A DNA stretch of 64,000 nucleotides from Patescibacteria group bacterium (GTDB lineage: Bacteria > Patescibacteriota > Patescibacteriia > UBA2591 > JAQUPP01), in assembly GCA_028716665.1 (NCBI GenBank), contig JAQUPP010000001.1, forward strand, positions 349,046 through 413,045, in the 5' to 3' direction. The position numbers and the translations under genes are program-made. Positions 10,048 to 20,268 of this stretch are shown piece after piece. The stretch's first letter is position 1, and each line of letters begins with the position of its first letter. A model generated the notes under the pieces. It did not search any database and was not told the origin of the DNA. It was given only the letters and a program-made list of their open reading frames with translations.

Positions 10048-10097
10048 TTTGGTTATTAGACATTGATTAGAAATTAGGTCAATTAGAAATTAGATAT
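10046..10097. repeat. Right arm: AGnnATT heptad array
   Basis: TGGTTATT AGACATT GATT AGAAATT AGGTCAATT AGAAATT AGATATT, the reverse complement of the left-arm pattern. Confidence 0.75.
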
Positions 10098-10104
10098 TTT
10101 TTTT

Positions 10105-10776
10105 ATGGCTTTTAGAACTCAATCCATTAAATTTGAAAGTTTGGGCACCATTTTGCGCGATAAAAGAATATCAGAAAGTTGGAGCTTGGAAGATGTTGAA
10201 AAAAAAATAGGCGTGCCGGCTAAATATTTACAATGCATAGAAGAAGACGAATTTTATAAATTGCCCAGTCCGACTTACACCAGAGGATTTTTATTGCAAT
10301 ATGCCGAATTATTGAGATTTAATCCGGAGGAAGTTGTTAATTTGTGGAAAAAAGAATATTCTTATTCGGCTATAAAAGAAACAAAAAACAAGAGAGTCAG
10401 AAAGTTGCCCTTGGTTGAATTCGGCAAAGAAAAATTTTTTGATATTTTCAATTCAAGATATTTTTTTATAGGTTTGGTTTCGTTGGGAGTTCTTCTTTAT
10501 CTTTTTTTCGGTATAAAAAAATTAATGTTTCCGCCGGAGATTCAGCTTTTTTCGCCCAGAACAAATTTGGTTACTCAAGAAACTGCCTTGGTGATTGAAG
10601 GGAAGGTGGGCGAAGGAGTGGATGTATTTATTAACAAGCAAAAGATTGAAGATATGACAGATAATTATTTTAAGGTGAAATTGGAACTTGAGAGAGGCAT
10701 AAATAATATTGAAATTTCGGCCAAAAAGAAATATTCAAGAGAACGAATCATTAAGCGCCAAATTATTGTAGAATAA
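10105..10776 (+). CDS. RodZ-like HTH membrane protein with C-terminal Ig-like domain
   Basis: LG..LR..R....SLEDV..YL..IE...LP...Y.RGFL..YA..L HTH, one TM helix, and a position downstream of ftsK. Confidence 0.8.
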   Translation: MAFRTQSIKFESLGTILRDKRISESWSLEDVEKKIGVPAKYLQCIEEDEFYKLPSPTYTRGFLLQYAELLRFNPEEVVNLWKKEYSYSAIKETKNKRVRKLPLVEFGKEKFFDIFNSRYFFIGLVSLGVLLYLFFGIKKLMFPPEIQLFSPRTNLVTQETALVIEGKVGEGVDVFINKQKIEDMTDNYFKVKLELERGINNIEISAKKKYSRERIIKRQIIVE

Positions 10777-10781
10777 AATAT

Positions 10782-11780
10782 ATGAAAAATAAAAAAATAG
10801 CTTTTATTACCGGTATAACGGGCCAAGACGGCTCTTATTTGGCGGAATTGCTTTTAGACAAAGGATATGAAGTGCATGGATTGGTTCGTCGAAGCAGTAA
10901 TTCCAATTTGGAAAGAATTCAATATTTATTGGATAATCCTATTTATCAAAAAAGAATTTTTCTTCATTGGGGTGATTTATCTGATGCCAGCCGTCTTTTT
11001 CATTTAATTCAAGATATCAGACCGACTGAAATTTATAATTTGGCCGCTCAAAGCGATGTTAGAATCAGTTTTGACATGCCGGCTTATACAGCCGACGTAA
11101 CAGCGGTCGGAGTTTTAAGAATTTTGGAAGCTATCAGAAAAATAGATAAAAAAATTAAATTTTATCAAGCCAGTTCAAGCGAAATATTCGGTAAAATTAA
11201 AGAATTTCCTCAAAGCGAAAAAACCGAATTTCATCCGCGCAGCCCTTACGGCGTGGCGAAACTTTACGGTTATTGGATAACAAAAAATTATCGCGAAAGT
11301 TATGGTATTTTTGCTTGCAATGGCATTTTATTCAATCATGAATCTGAGCGCAGGGGAGATAATTTTGTTACGCGGAAAATAACTAAGGCCGTGGCCAGAA
11401 TCAAATTGGGATTGCAAAAAGATTTAATAATGGGAAATTTGGATGCTCAACGCGATTGGGGTTATGCGCCGGAATATGTCAAAGCGATGTATTTAATGCT
11501 GCAACAGAAAAAAGCGGATGATTTTGTGATCGCGACAGGCGAGACACATTCGGTTAAGGAATTTATTGAAGCAGCATTCAAATCCGCGGGGTTAGATTGG
11601 AAAAAATATGTTAAGCAAGATAAAAAATATTTGCGTCCGGCTGAAGTTGATATTTTGTGCGGCAATATTGCCAAAGCAAAAAAAGTTTTAAATTGGCAGC
11701 CCAAAATTAAATTTAAAGAATTGGTGAAAATAATGGTTGAGTCAGACATTGAATTAGCAAAAAAAGAACTTAAAAAATAA
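10782..11780 (+). CDS. gmd: GDP-mannose 4,6-dehydratase
   Basis: [58 protein letters not shown]. Confidence 0.96.
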   Translation: MKNKKIAFITGITGQDGSYLAELLLDKGYEVHGLVRRSSNSNLERIQYLLDNPIYQKRIFLHWGDLSDASRLFHLIQDIRPTEIYNLAAQSDVRISFDMPAYTADVTAVGVLRILEAIRKIDKKIKFYQASSSEIFGKIKEFPQSEKTEFHPRSPYGVAKLYGYWITKNYRESYGIFACNGILFNHESERRGDNFVTRKITKAVARIKLGLQKDLIMGNLDAQRDWGYAPEYVKAMYLMLQQKKADDFVIATGETHSVKEFIEAAFKSAGLDWKKYVKQDKKYLRPAEVDILCGNIAKAKKVLNWQPKIKFKELVKIMVESDIELAKKELKK

Positions 11781-11802
11781 AATTAATAATTTAAAATAAT
11801 AT

Positions 11803-12828
11803 ATGGTTAAAAAAGAAGAAGAAAAAAAAGAAGACAAAACAACTGATCGTCAAAAAGCCGCTCAATCGGCGATTGAACAAATACAATCCAGATTCGGCGA
11901 AGGATCAATTATGAAATTGGGTGAGGCCAGAAAAATGGACGTAGAAGTTATTCCTACCGGATGTTTATCTTTGGACTTGGCTTTGGGCGCGGGCGGAGTG
12001 CCAAAAGGAAGAATAATTGAAATTTTTGGTCCGGAAATGTCAGGTAAAAGCACTCTAGCACTTTATGTGGTGGCTGAAGCTCAAAAAATGGGCGGAGTTG
12101 CCGCTTATGTTGATGCTGAGCACGCTTTAGACCCGGAATATGCCAAAAAAATAGGAGTTAAAATTGATGATCTTTTAATTTCTCAACCAGACACCGGAGA
12201 ACAGGCCTTAGAGATTGTTGAGACCTTAGTTCGCTCTAATGGCGTAGATGTGATTGTGATTGATTCTGTGGCTGCTCTGACGCCGCAAAAGGAGATTGAG
12301 GGGGAAATGGGCGATTCGCAAATGGGCTTGCAAGCGCGGTTAATGAGTCAGGCTTTAAGAAAATTGACAGCCATTGTCAGTAAAACTCACACTTGCGTTA
12401 TTTTTATCAATCAAATCAGAATGAAAATTGGCGTATTTTTCGGCAATCCGGAAACCACTACCGGTGGAATGGCTCTTAAATTTTATTCTTCAGTGCGAAT
12501 TGAATTGCGTCGTTTAGCCCAACTTAAAAGAGGCGAAGATGTGATAGGAAATAAGGTCAGGGTTAAAATAGTTAAAAATAAAGTTGCTCCGCCGTTTACG
12601 ACCTGTGAATTTGAAATTATGTACAATGAAGGAATTTCGCGAACAGGAGATTTGATAAATCTCGGTTTGAAATATAATTTGGTTAAAAAGACAGGTAATA
12701 CTTTGAGTTATGGCGATATCAAACTTGGCGTTGGCCAAGAAGCTCCTAAATTATTTTTGAAAGAAAATCCAAAAATCGCTCAAGAGCTGAAAAAGAATAT
12801 TATTCAGGCGGCTAAAGAAAAGAAGTAA
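11803..12828 (+). CDS. recA: Recombinase A
   Basis: [56 protein letters not shown]. Confidence 0.99.
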   Translation: MVKKEEEKKEDKTTDRQKAAQSAIEQIQSRFGEGSIMKLGEARKMDVEVIPTGCLSLDLALGAGGVPKGRIIEIFGPEMSGKSTLALYVVAEAQKMGGVAAYVDAEHALDPEYAKKIGVKIDDLLISQPDTGEQALEIVETLVRSNGVDVIVIDSVAALTPQKEIEGEMGDSQMGLQARLMSQALRKLTAIVSKTHTCVIFINQIRMKIGVFFGNPETTTGGMALKFYSSVRIELRRLAQLKRGEDVIGNKVRVKIVKNKVAPPFTTCEFEIMYNEGISRTGDLINLGLKYNLVKKTGNTLSYGDIKLGVGQEAPKLFLKENPKIAQELKKNIIQAAKEKK

Positions 12829-12855
12829 GCAAATAAGCTTACCAAGAAATAAGTT

Positions 12856-12901
12856 AAATAAATAAAAATATCCGGGATTAACCGGATATTTTTATTTATT
12901 T
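12856..12901. terminator. Bidirectional intrinsic terminator between convergent recA and wzz
   Basis: Perfect 20-bp arms AAATAAATAAAAATATCCGG-gattaa-CCGGATATTTTTATTTATTT. Confidence 0.85.
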
Positions 12902-12915
12902 TGTCTATTTTTTAT

Positions 12916-13848
12916 TTATGCTTGTTTGCTTTTACTGAAATATTCAGCGCCAAATGCCCAGAGAAGGCTAATAAATAATCCAAGAATTCCGGCAATCGCC
13001 ACGTTTTGCGTTCTTTTGGGTGCGATTCTTATATCGGGCGGGGTGGCAGGCACTTCAATGGTTGTTGACTTTACTTGATAAGTTTTTTCGTATTCTTTTT
13101 GTTGAAGATTTTGATTAAGACTGATTAATTGCTGTTCAAGATCAGAAATTTGCTGTTCTTTTTGATCTTTTTGGTTTTTAGTATTTGCTAAAAGTTGAAT
13201 ATAGGCCTCAGTTATTCGGCCTTGACCCTCAGATTGCGCTTCGGCTCGCTCGCTGATTTCTTTGGTATAAAATTTTACATCATTATTAAGGCGGATTATT
13301 TCTGTTTTTGTTTGTTCAATATCTTTTTTAATTTTTTCTTGATTAGCGGCAATAGTTTTTATTTCCAGATTAAAAGTTTTTTCGGCTTCTAAAAATAAGT
13401 TTTGATGTCGTTGAATCAATAATTCCGCGATTAGATTGGACACCTCCGCCGCTTTTTGCGGTGTTTGTCCAAATCCTTTTATTTTTAAAAAAGATGATCC
13501 GTCTCCCTGTTCTATGGAAAACATTTTAGCCACTTTTGCTTGCGAAATCGTAGATGGAAAATTTAATTTTGTGGCAATTGTTTCTAAAATAGTTTTGCGA
13601 GAAAAAATATCTTTAATATCAGCTACATTTTCTAAATTAACCAATGCATCTTGATTTTTTATCTGTCCCAATTTAACCAAGGTCACCGCCTCAAAAGTTT
13701 GGGGGAGCCGCAGGTTGATTATTACCGAAACAATGGCTATAACGAGGAAAATAGTAATAATTGCCCATTTTCTTTTTAGGACAACATTAATATAATCTCT
13801 TAAATCAATTTTTTCTTCATTATTGTAATTTTTTTCTTGATTTTCCAT
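12916..13848 (-). CDS. wzz: Wzz-type polysaccharide chain-length determinant
   Basis: EKIDLRDYINVVLKRKW, two TM helices flanking a coiled coil, and a Pro-rich PATPP..PKR segment before TM2 (GxxxG). Confidence 0.85.
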   Translation of the reverse strand: MENQEKNYNNEEKIDLRDYINVVLKRKWAIITIFLVIAIVSVIINLRLPQTFEAVTLVKLGQIKNQDALVNLENVADIKDIFSRKTILETIATKLNFPSTISQAKVAKMFSIEQGDGSSFLKIKGFGQTPQKAAEVSNLIAELLIQRHQNLFLEAEKTFNLEIKTIAANQEKIKKDIEQTKTEIIRLNNDVKFYTKEISERAEAQSEGQGRITEAYIQLLANTKNQKDQKEQQISDLEQQLISLNQNLQQKEYEKTYQVKSTTIEVPATPPDIRIAPKRTQNVAIAGILGLFISLLWAFGAEYFSKSKQA

Positions 13849-13862
13849 ATTTTTAATTTTTG

Positions 13863-15722
13863 TTATTTATACGTCGGAATAATTTCTTTTAATATTTTAA
13901 TTATACTATTTTTATCCATTTTATCAAGGGCTTGTTTAAATTTTTCTAATCCCCGGATTATTTTTTGTTCATCAAAATTAGAAAGTTTGGCCATGAATAT
14001 TTTTTCATGTTTGGTCGGTATTTCGGAATTTGTTAAAATTTCTTCAAATAATTTTTCACCCGGACGCATTTGAGTAAAAACAATAGGAATATCAACATCA
14101 GATTCATAACCTGCTAAACGGATCATTTCTTTTGCCAGATCCACTATTTTAATCGGTTGACCCATGTCTAAGACAAAAACTTCACCACCTTGACCCAGCG
14201 CGCCGGCTTGCATTACCAATAAACAAGCCTCGGAAGTGACCATAAAATATCTTTTCATCTCCGGATGTGTGACTTCAACTGGACCGCCTTTTTTAATTTG
14301 TTCTTCAAAAATTCCAACCACATTGCCTTGACTATCCAGAACATTACCAAAGCGAACAGCGCAGAATTTAGTCAGATTTTTTTTATTTAACCAAAGACAA
14401 ATCATTTCTCCGACTTGTTTAGTTGCGCCCATAACAGAGGTAGGATTAACAGCTTTATCGGTAGAAATGAGAACAAATTTATCTACTCCATGTTTTGTCG
14501 CTGCTTGAGCCAATGTTAACGTGCCAAAAACGTTATTTTTAATAGCTTCTAATGGATGTGATTCCATTACCGGTACATGTTTATAAGCCGCAGCGTGAAA
14601 AATAACATTTGGTTTTTCTGTTTCAAATAGCCAATTTATTTTTTTTTCATCGCAAATATCGCCAATTTCAAAACTTTTTGCAATATTCGGAAATTCTTTA
14701 TTAAGGTTTCTTCCAAGATGAAAAAGTCCGGTTTCATTTTGATCAAAGGCGATAAGGCGGGCAGGATTAAATTTTAAAATTTCTTGACAAAGATGCGAGC
14801 CGATAGAACCGGCAGCGCCGGTAACCAATATTGTTTTTCCACTAATAAAATTTTGAATAGCTTGGGTGTCAATTTTAATCGCTTCTCTGCCCAGTAAATC
14901 TTCAATTGAGACATCGCGCAACTGATTTAAGCTTACTTTTTCAGCTAAAATTTCTCTTGTACCGGGTAAAATTTTAATTTTTTGAATACCGGCTTCGCGG
15001 GCTAATTTTACGGTTTCTCTGATAATTTCTTGCGGAGCTGATGGCGAAGCAATAATTAATTCTTTAATTTCGTGTTTTTTAACGATTTTCGGAATATCAA
15101 TTCTTTTGCCTAAAACTTTTTTCCCATGAATCAACACTCCTTGCTTCATAAGATTATCATCAATTAAGCCGACAATAGCATAAGGGCTGTCTTTGGAGGT
15201 AATAATATGTCGCACTAATTGTTCAGCAGCGTCATCGGATCCAACAATTAAAACAGGCCTGAGACGCGGAGCGCTGCGTTGAAATTCTTGAAGATAAATT
15301 CTCTTAGAAAAACGTAATCCGCCGGTTAAGAAAAATGTTAAAAAGGCGGTAATAAAAATAATAGAACGGGGGAATCCTTCAAAAAGAGGAAAAATTTTTA
15401 AAATATAAATAGTTGTTCCAATTAAAAGGAAGCTGATTATTACGGCTCGTCCAAGTTTAAAAAGTTCTGAAATACTAACAAAAGACCAACTAATGGCATA
15501 AAGTTTTTCCAGCCAAAAAAAGAAAATAATTAACGGAATAGTCAGTTCAATAAATCCTTTTATCATTGGAATATATTGAACCGGAATCTTGCCGTCAAAA
15601 CGCAGTAAAAAACTTAGCCAACAGGCTAGTATTATAAAAGCAACATCGCCAAGCAAAAAGAAAAACGTTCTTTTGGCTGTTGTACGCGCAAAAATTTTTT
15701 GTTTAAGTTTTTCTAGAACCAT
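13863..15722 (-). CDS. PglF/CapD/WbpM-type membrane UDP-GlcNAc 4,6-dehydratase
   Basis: 4 N-terminal TM helices, IEDLLGR, TGAAGSIGS, FHAAAYKHVP, ISTDKAVNPTSVMGATK, VRFGNVL, RPGEKL. Confidence 0.93.
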   Translation of the reverse strand: MVLEKLKQKIFARTTAKRTFFFLLGDVAFIILACWLSFLLRFDGKIPVQYIPMIKGFIELTIPLIIFFFWLEKLYAISWSFVSISELFKLGRAVIISFLLIGTTIYILKIFPLFEGFPRSIIFITAFLTFFLTGGLRFSKRIYLQEFQRSAPRLRPVLIVGSDDAAEQLVRHIITSKDSPYAIVGLIDDNLMKQGVLIHGKKVLGKRIDIPKIVKKHEIKELIIASPSAPQEIIRETVKLAREAGIQKIKILPGTREILAEKVSLNQLRDVSIEDLLGREAIKIDTQAIQNFISGKTILVTGAAGSIGSHLCQEILKFNPARLIAFDQNETGLFHLGRNLNKEFPNIAKSFEIGDICDEKKINWLFETEKPNVIFHAAAYKHVPVMESHPLEAIKNNVFGTLTLAQAATKHGVDKFVLISTDKAVNPTSVMGATKQVGEMICLWLNKKNLTKFCAVRFGNVLDSQGNVVGIFEEQIKKGGPVEVTHPEMKRYFMVTSEACLLVMQAGALGQGGEVFVLDMGQPIKIVDLAKEMIRLAGYESDVDIPIVFTQMRPGEKLFEEILTNSEIPTKHEKIFMAKLSNFDEQKIIRGLEKFKQALDKMDKNSIIKILKEIIPTYK

Positions 15723-15736
15723 TTTAAATTGTTTTA

Positions 15737-16906
15737 TTATTTCTGATAAAATTTTTTAATATTTTCAACCACCCAATCTATTTGAGTATTGGTTAACTCA
15801 GGATACATTGGCAAAGAGATAACTTCATGGCAGATTTTTTTCGTTTCCGGAAGTTCTACGGCAATACCTTTGGTTGATACTAATTTAGGCATTCCGAATT
15901 CTTGATTAAATTTAGAACTAGCAAATACAGGTTCTTTATAAGTTGGCGAGGGCCAAGAAATAAGCGTTTCAATGCTTTGTTTTTCTAAATATTTTTTAAG
16001 TTCATCGCGGCGTTCGGCTCGAATTACATAATTGGTATAAATGTCGGAAAAACGATTATCGTCAAAATGAGGGAGTTTGATTTGCGGAATATTAGCCAAT
16101 CCTTGTTGATATTTTTTAGCGATTTCCTTGCGCCGTTTAAGCCATGTCGGAAAATATTTGAATTTTACATTTAAAAGTGCAGCGTGCAAGTTATCCATTA
16201 AAAGATTGTGGCTGTGATAATAAAAATGGCGTTTTCTCCGATCTTCGCCATTATAGCGCATTAATTTTACTGCTTCGGCGATTTTGGAATCATTGGTAAC
16301 CAACATACCGTTATTGCCCCAGCCACCCAAGGTTTTGGCCCAATAAAGACTAAAACAACCGGCTGTACCGAAAGAACCGGCTTTTTTATTAGTACCATCC
16401 GACATTTTTAAAGTGGCACCCAGAGCTTGTGCGGCATCTTCAATAACCATAAGTCCTTTTCGTTTGGCAATATCCATGATTACTTCCATATCGCATAAAC
16501 GGCCGTTCAAATGGACGGGCTCAATAGCTTTTGTTTTTGGCGTTAAAGCTTTTTCAATTAATTTTGGGTTCATATTAAAGTCGTTGCCGACATCAATAAG
16601 AACCGGTTTGGCTCCGGTCAAATAGACACAAGAAAGGCTGGCAATGAAAGTGTGGGCGACGGTTATTACTTCGTCATTTTTTTTAATACCAGCTGCTTTT
16701 AGCCCAAGATAAACGGCTGAAGTTCCAGAATTAACGCCAATCGCATATTTAGTGCCGACAAATTCAGCAAAATCTTTTTCAAATTTTTCCAAATCTTTGC
16801 GCATTACAATATCACCACGCGAAAGAACATCGTCAAAAGTTTGAATAAATTCTTTGCGATGGTCTTGATATTGTTTTTGTGGATTGGCGAAACGAACTTT
16901 ATACAT
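15737..16906 (-). CDS. DegT/DnrJ/EryC1/StrS sugar aminotransferase
   Basis: VNSGTSA, IEDAAQALGA, PLP Lys in FSLYWAKTLG, ISLPMYPEL. Confidence 0.9.
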   Translation of the reverse strand: MYKVRFANPQKQYQDHRKEFIQTFDDVLSRGDIVMRKDLEKFEKDFAEFVGTKYAIGVNSGTSAVYLGLKAAGIKKNDEVITVAHTFIASLSCVYLTGAKPVLIDVGNDFNMNPKLIEKALTPKTKAIEPVHLNGRLCDMEVIMDIAKRKGLMVIEDAAQALGATLKMSDGTNKKAGSFGTAGCFSLYWAKTLGGWGNNGMLVTNDSKIAEAVKLMRYNGEDRRKRHFYYHSHNLLMDNLHAALLNVKFKYFPTWLKRRKEIAKKYQQGLANIPQIKLPHFDDNRFSDIYTNYVIRAERRDELKKYLEKQSIETLISWPSPTYKEPVFASSKFNQEFGMPKLVSTKGIAVELPETKKICHEVISLPMYPELTNTQIDWVVENIKKFYQK

Positions 16907-17909
16907 AGTTTAAAATATTTTTTACCTTTTTAATTACATCTTTAGATGTTAAATAATAAGCTTGTTCTAATATTTTACTGACCGGTGCAGGACAATCAGG
17001 CAGGCAAAGTCTTTCAATTGGTGCTTTAAGATATTTAAAAGATTGCCTTGCTATCTGACTATTAATTTCACTACTAATACTACCGCTAGACCAAGCAGCT
17101 TCGGTGATAAGCAAACGGCCCGTTTTTTTAACCGATTTAATAATTAGAGGAATATCTATGGGCCAAGCGCTTCTTAAATCAATTATTTCAGCATCGATTT
17201 TTTGTTTTCTTAATTCTGCTGCCGCTATTAGCGCTTCTTTGACCATATAAGAAATGGCTACAATAGTGATATCTTTCCCGATTTTTCTGATTGCGCCCTT
17301 ACCGATGGGTACTGAGTATATTTTTTGCGGTACATGATCTTTGACATCATAAAGCCAGCGATCGTCAATATAAATGACAGGATTAGGGTCACGAATAGCA
17401 GAAATCATTAATCCTTTGGCGTCATAGGCAGTTGCCGGCATTACTACTTTTAATCCGGGAATATGAGTGAATAGAGATTGAAGGGCCTGAGAATGTTGAG
17501 CACCTTGTTCACCGCCACGATTAATAATAGCACGAATAACTACATCTGCATTAGCTTTTCCTCCAAACATATAGTGCCAATTTGCTGCTTCATTTATAAT
17601 CGGATCAAGAGCATACATCATAAAATCCATTCGAGGAAAAATAACAATAGGTTTCATGTTAACCATTCCAGCTCCTATTCCTACACCCGTTGTTACATTT
17701 TCAGAGATTGGTGTGTCCATAACCATTTTGGGACCGAATTTTTTTAATAGATCACGGCAAGTATTACCGACATACCAAGGACTTTTTACCCCCTGACCAA
17801 TAACAAAAACAGATTTATTTTTTGACATCATTTGATAAACTGCTTCATTAATAGCCAAGCTATATGAGAGAAATCTTTTATTTATTTGTTTTTTATTTTT
17901 TAAAAACAT
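16899..17909 (-). CDS. TPP-dependent dehydrogenase/transketolase E1 beta-like subunit
   Basis: DTPISE, GAQHSQ, PGLKVVMP, DPNPV, IDLRS, VKKTGRL. Confidence 0.9.
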   Translation of the reverse strand: MFLKNKKQINKRFLSYSLAINEAVYQMMSKNKSVFVIGQGVKSPWYVGNTCRDLLKKFGPKMVMDTPISENVTTGVGIGAGMVNMKPIVIFPRMDFMMYALDPIINEAANWHYMFGGKANADVVIRAIINRGGEQGAQHSQALQSLFTHIPGLKVVMPATAYDAKGLMISAIRDPNPVIYIDDRWLYDVKDHVPQKIYSVPIGKGAIRKIGKDITIVAISYMVKEALIAAAELRKQKIDAEIIDLRSAWPIDIPLIIKSVKKTGRLLITEAAWSSGSISSEINSQIARQSFKYLKAPIERLCLPDCPAPVSKILEQAYYLTSKDVIKKVKNILNYV

Positions 17910-18882
17910 ATTTTAATAGTTCATTTTTTTTAGGATAAGGACTGTGACGAGAAAAGGTTTTAGCTTGCTCAATTTTTTTATTTATTTTTTGATAATTTTT
18001 TTTAATTTTAGATTGATCTAAAAATTTATTTTTGATCAAAAATTTTTCCATTTTTTTTATAGGATCCCTTTTTTTCCATACTTCAATTTCTCTTGATTTC
18101 CTTATATCAGTGTGCGTTCCTTGAATATTGTCGTCTGGTCCAACATGACCACGCATACGGTAGGTTAAAAATTCGATAAAAGCCGGCCCCTTATGTTTTT
18201 TAATTTGAGTAATCATTTTTTTGGCGGTTTCAAAAACTTTAATTACATCATTTCCATCAGCACGTACTGATTTAATGCCATAAGTTTTTGGCTGAAGATA
18301 AATTTTTGGATTAGCCAATGATTCTGTAATCGGCATATGGGTAGCATATAAATTATTTTCGCAAATAAATAAAATTGGTAATTTATGTAAAGCGGAAAAA
18401 TTAAATGCTTCCGAAATTACTCCTTCGGCCGTTGCCCCATCACCAAAAAAAGTAACAGTTAAACGATTCTTTTTTTTAATTTTTAAAGCCAAGGCCGTAC
18501 CAACAGCAAGGGGAACAGTACCTGCAATAATTGGGGTGGCTCCTAAAAAACCAGCCTTTTTGTCAATAATATGCATTGATCCTCCTCTGCCTCGCGAGCA
18601 GCCAGTTGATTTACCAAAAATTTCGGACATTAAAGCTTTTAGGTCTCCACCTTTAGCTAAATAATGACCGTGTGAACGATGATTGCCAAAAGCATAGTCT
18701 TTTTTATTTAAAGCCGCACAAACCCCGACTGCAACGGCTTCTTCTCCGGTATAAAGATGGCAGGGTGTTTTAATTTCACCACTTAAAATTGGCTCAATTA
18801 AACTCTCTTCAAATAAACGAATTTCCAACATTTGCTGATAAAGTTTAAGTAAAAATGATTTTGAATATTTTGATTTTGTCAT
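17893..18882 (-). CDS. TPP-dependent dehydrogenase E1 alpha-like subunit
   Basis: HLYTGEEAVAVG, HRSHGH, GRGGSMH, TPP motif GDGA...ENN, TYR.RGH. Confidence 0.92.
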   Translation of the reverse strand: MTKSKYSKSFLLKLYQQMLEIRLFEESLIEPILSGEIKTPCHLYTGEEAVAVGVCAALNKKDYAFGNHRSHGHYLAKGGDLKALMSEIFGKSTGCSRGRGGSMHIIDKKAGFLGATPIIAGTVPLAVGTALALKIKKKNRLTVTFFGDGATAEGVISEAFNFSALHKLPILFICENNLYATHMPITESLANPKIYLQPKTYGIKSVRADGNDVIKVFETAKKMITQIKKHKGPAFIEFLTYRMRGHVGPDDNIQGTHTDIRKSREIEVWKKRDPIKKMEKFLIKNKFLDQSKIKKNYQKINKKIEQAKTFSRHSPYPKKNELLKYVFKK

Positions 18883-18995
18883 TTTGTTTTAGTTAAATAA
18901 AAATTATTTTCCCTTAATGTATTCAGTTTATTCTTTAATAATATTAGAGAATTATAGCGATTTGTCAAGTTTGTTTGGTTATATGAATTTATTCA

Positions 18996-20258
18996 TTATA
19001 ATTTAAAATTATTTTTTTTCCAATAATTTAGCCATTTATTAAGTCGTTTAAATCCTGTTTTAATATTTTTAGGATTACCAGCAAAAGAAAATCTAAGATA
19101 TCCTTCGCCTTGTGGACCAAAAGCAGCACCGGGTATAACAATAACCTTGGCTTCATTTAAAATTTTTAAAGCCATATCAAATGAATTAATTTTAGCTCCT
19201 TTGACCTTAGCCATAATATAATAAGCTCCTGCCGGTTTTTGATATTCAAAAAATTCTTTTAATTTATCTAATTCTTGACACATTAAATTGCGATTTTTAT
19301 CCATCTGTTTGACTAATTCAACTGTTGATTTTTTTGATTCTTTTTGATTTTTCAGGGCATAAATTACCGCCTTTTGAGAAATAGCCGGCGAACAAATCGC
19401 CAAAGCATCGTGAACTTTGAGCATATGATCAATAATTCCTTCGTCCGCGAAAGCATAACCGACGCGATAACCGGTCATACGATATTTTTTAGAAAAACTT
19501 CCGCAGAGAATGACGCGGTCGCGAATATTTTTAACGGATGCCGGCGAAAATAATTTTGCGTCATCATAGAGAAGAAAATCGTAAGTTTCATCAGCAATTA
19601 AAATCAAATCATATTTTTTGACAAAATTAGCCAATTCTTGTATTTCTTGTCGGTTAAAAACCGCGCCAGTCGGGTTAGAAGGATTGCATAAAATTACAAC
19701 TTTGGTTTTGGAGGTGCGGGCTTTTTCAAAATTTTTAATATTCAGATGCCAGCCGTTTTTTTCAATTAATGGAACAAATTTTGGAACGCCGCCAAATTGT
19801 AAAATTTGTTCTATTTCAGAGGCATAGGTTGGTGAAGGCAACAAAATTTCGTCACCTTCGTCAATAGTTGAAGCCAAGGCGCAAGCCATGGCTTCTTGGC
19901 AACCGACAGTCACCATAATTTCTTTCTTTGGTTTTATATTTTTTATTTTTTTTGAGGACTCTAAATTTTTAGCGATTAATTTTCTTAATTCCGTAATGCC
20001 GGGCTCAAGGGTGTATTTTGAAGTATCTACTTTTTTAATTGATTGAATAATTCCTTTTTTAATATATTGAGGCGTGTCTAAATAGGGGATTCCTTGCCCA
20101 AAAGAAATGATTTTATTAAGACCAATTTTTTCTTCCAATTGGTCGGCCAGAATTGACATTTCCTTAATTGGGGAAATGACAATTTTTTTGACTCTTTGAG
20201 AAATATTTTTTGTCCGAAATTTTTTTCCGGCGGCAGCGATAACTGAACGATATTTCAT
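18996..20258 (-). CDS. Class I/II PLP-dependent aminotransferase
   Basis: NPSNPTG, DETY, SFSK.Y.MTGYRVGY, PGAAFG..GEGYLRFS. Confidence 0.92.
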   Translation of the reverse strand: MKYRSVIAAAGKKFRTKNISQRVKKIVISPIKEMSILADQLEEKIGLNKIISFGQGIPYLDTPQYIKKGIIQSIKKVDTSKYTLEPGITELRKLIAKNLESSKKIKNIKPKKEIMVTVGCQEAMACALASTIDEGDEILLPSPTYASEIEQILQFGGVPKFVPLIEKNGWHLNIKNFEKARTSKTKVVILCNPSNPTGAVFNRQEIQELANFVKKYDLILIADETYDFLLYDDAKLFSPASVKNIRDRVILCGSFSKKYRMTGYRVGYAFADEGIIDHMLKVHDALAICSPAISQKAVIYALKNQKESKKSTVELVKQMDKNRNLMCQELDKLKEFFEYQKPAGAYYIMAKVKGAKINSFDMALKILNEAKVIVIPGAAFGPQGEGYLRFSFAGNPKNIKTGFKRLNKWLNYWKKNNFKL

Positions 20259-20268
20259 AGAATTAAAA

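Noticed and set aside
9636-10097. Classical IS element
   Set aside because: The enclosed ORF has no DDE, HUH or recombinase motifs, and no target-site duplication was evident.
16899-18882. Housekeeping pyruvate dehydrogenase operon
   Set aside because: No E2 or E3 gene is adjacent, and the pair is embedded among nucleotide-sugar genes.
18945-18968. Internal promoter for the TPP module
   Set aside because: On the minus strand TTGACA and TATAAT are only 6 nt apart and the alternative -10 (TAATAT) is weak, so it is not listed as a feature.
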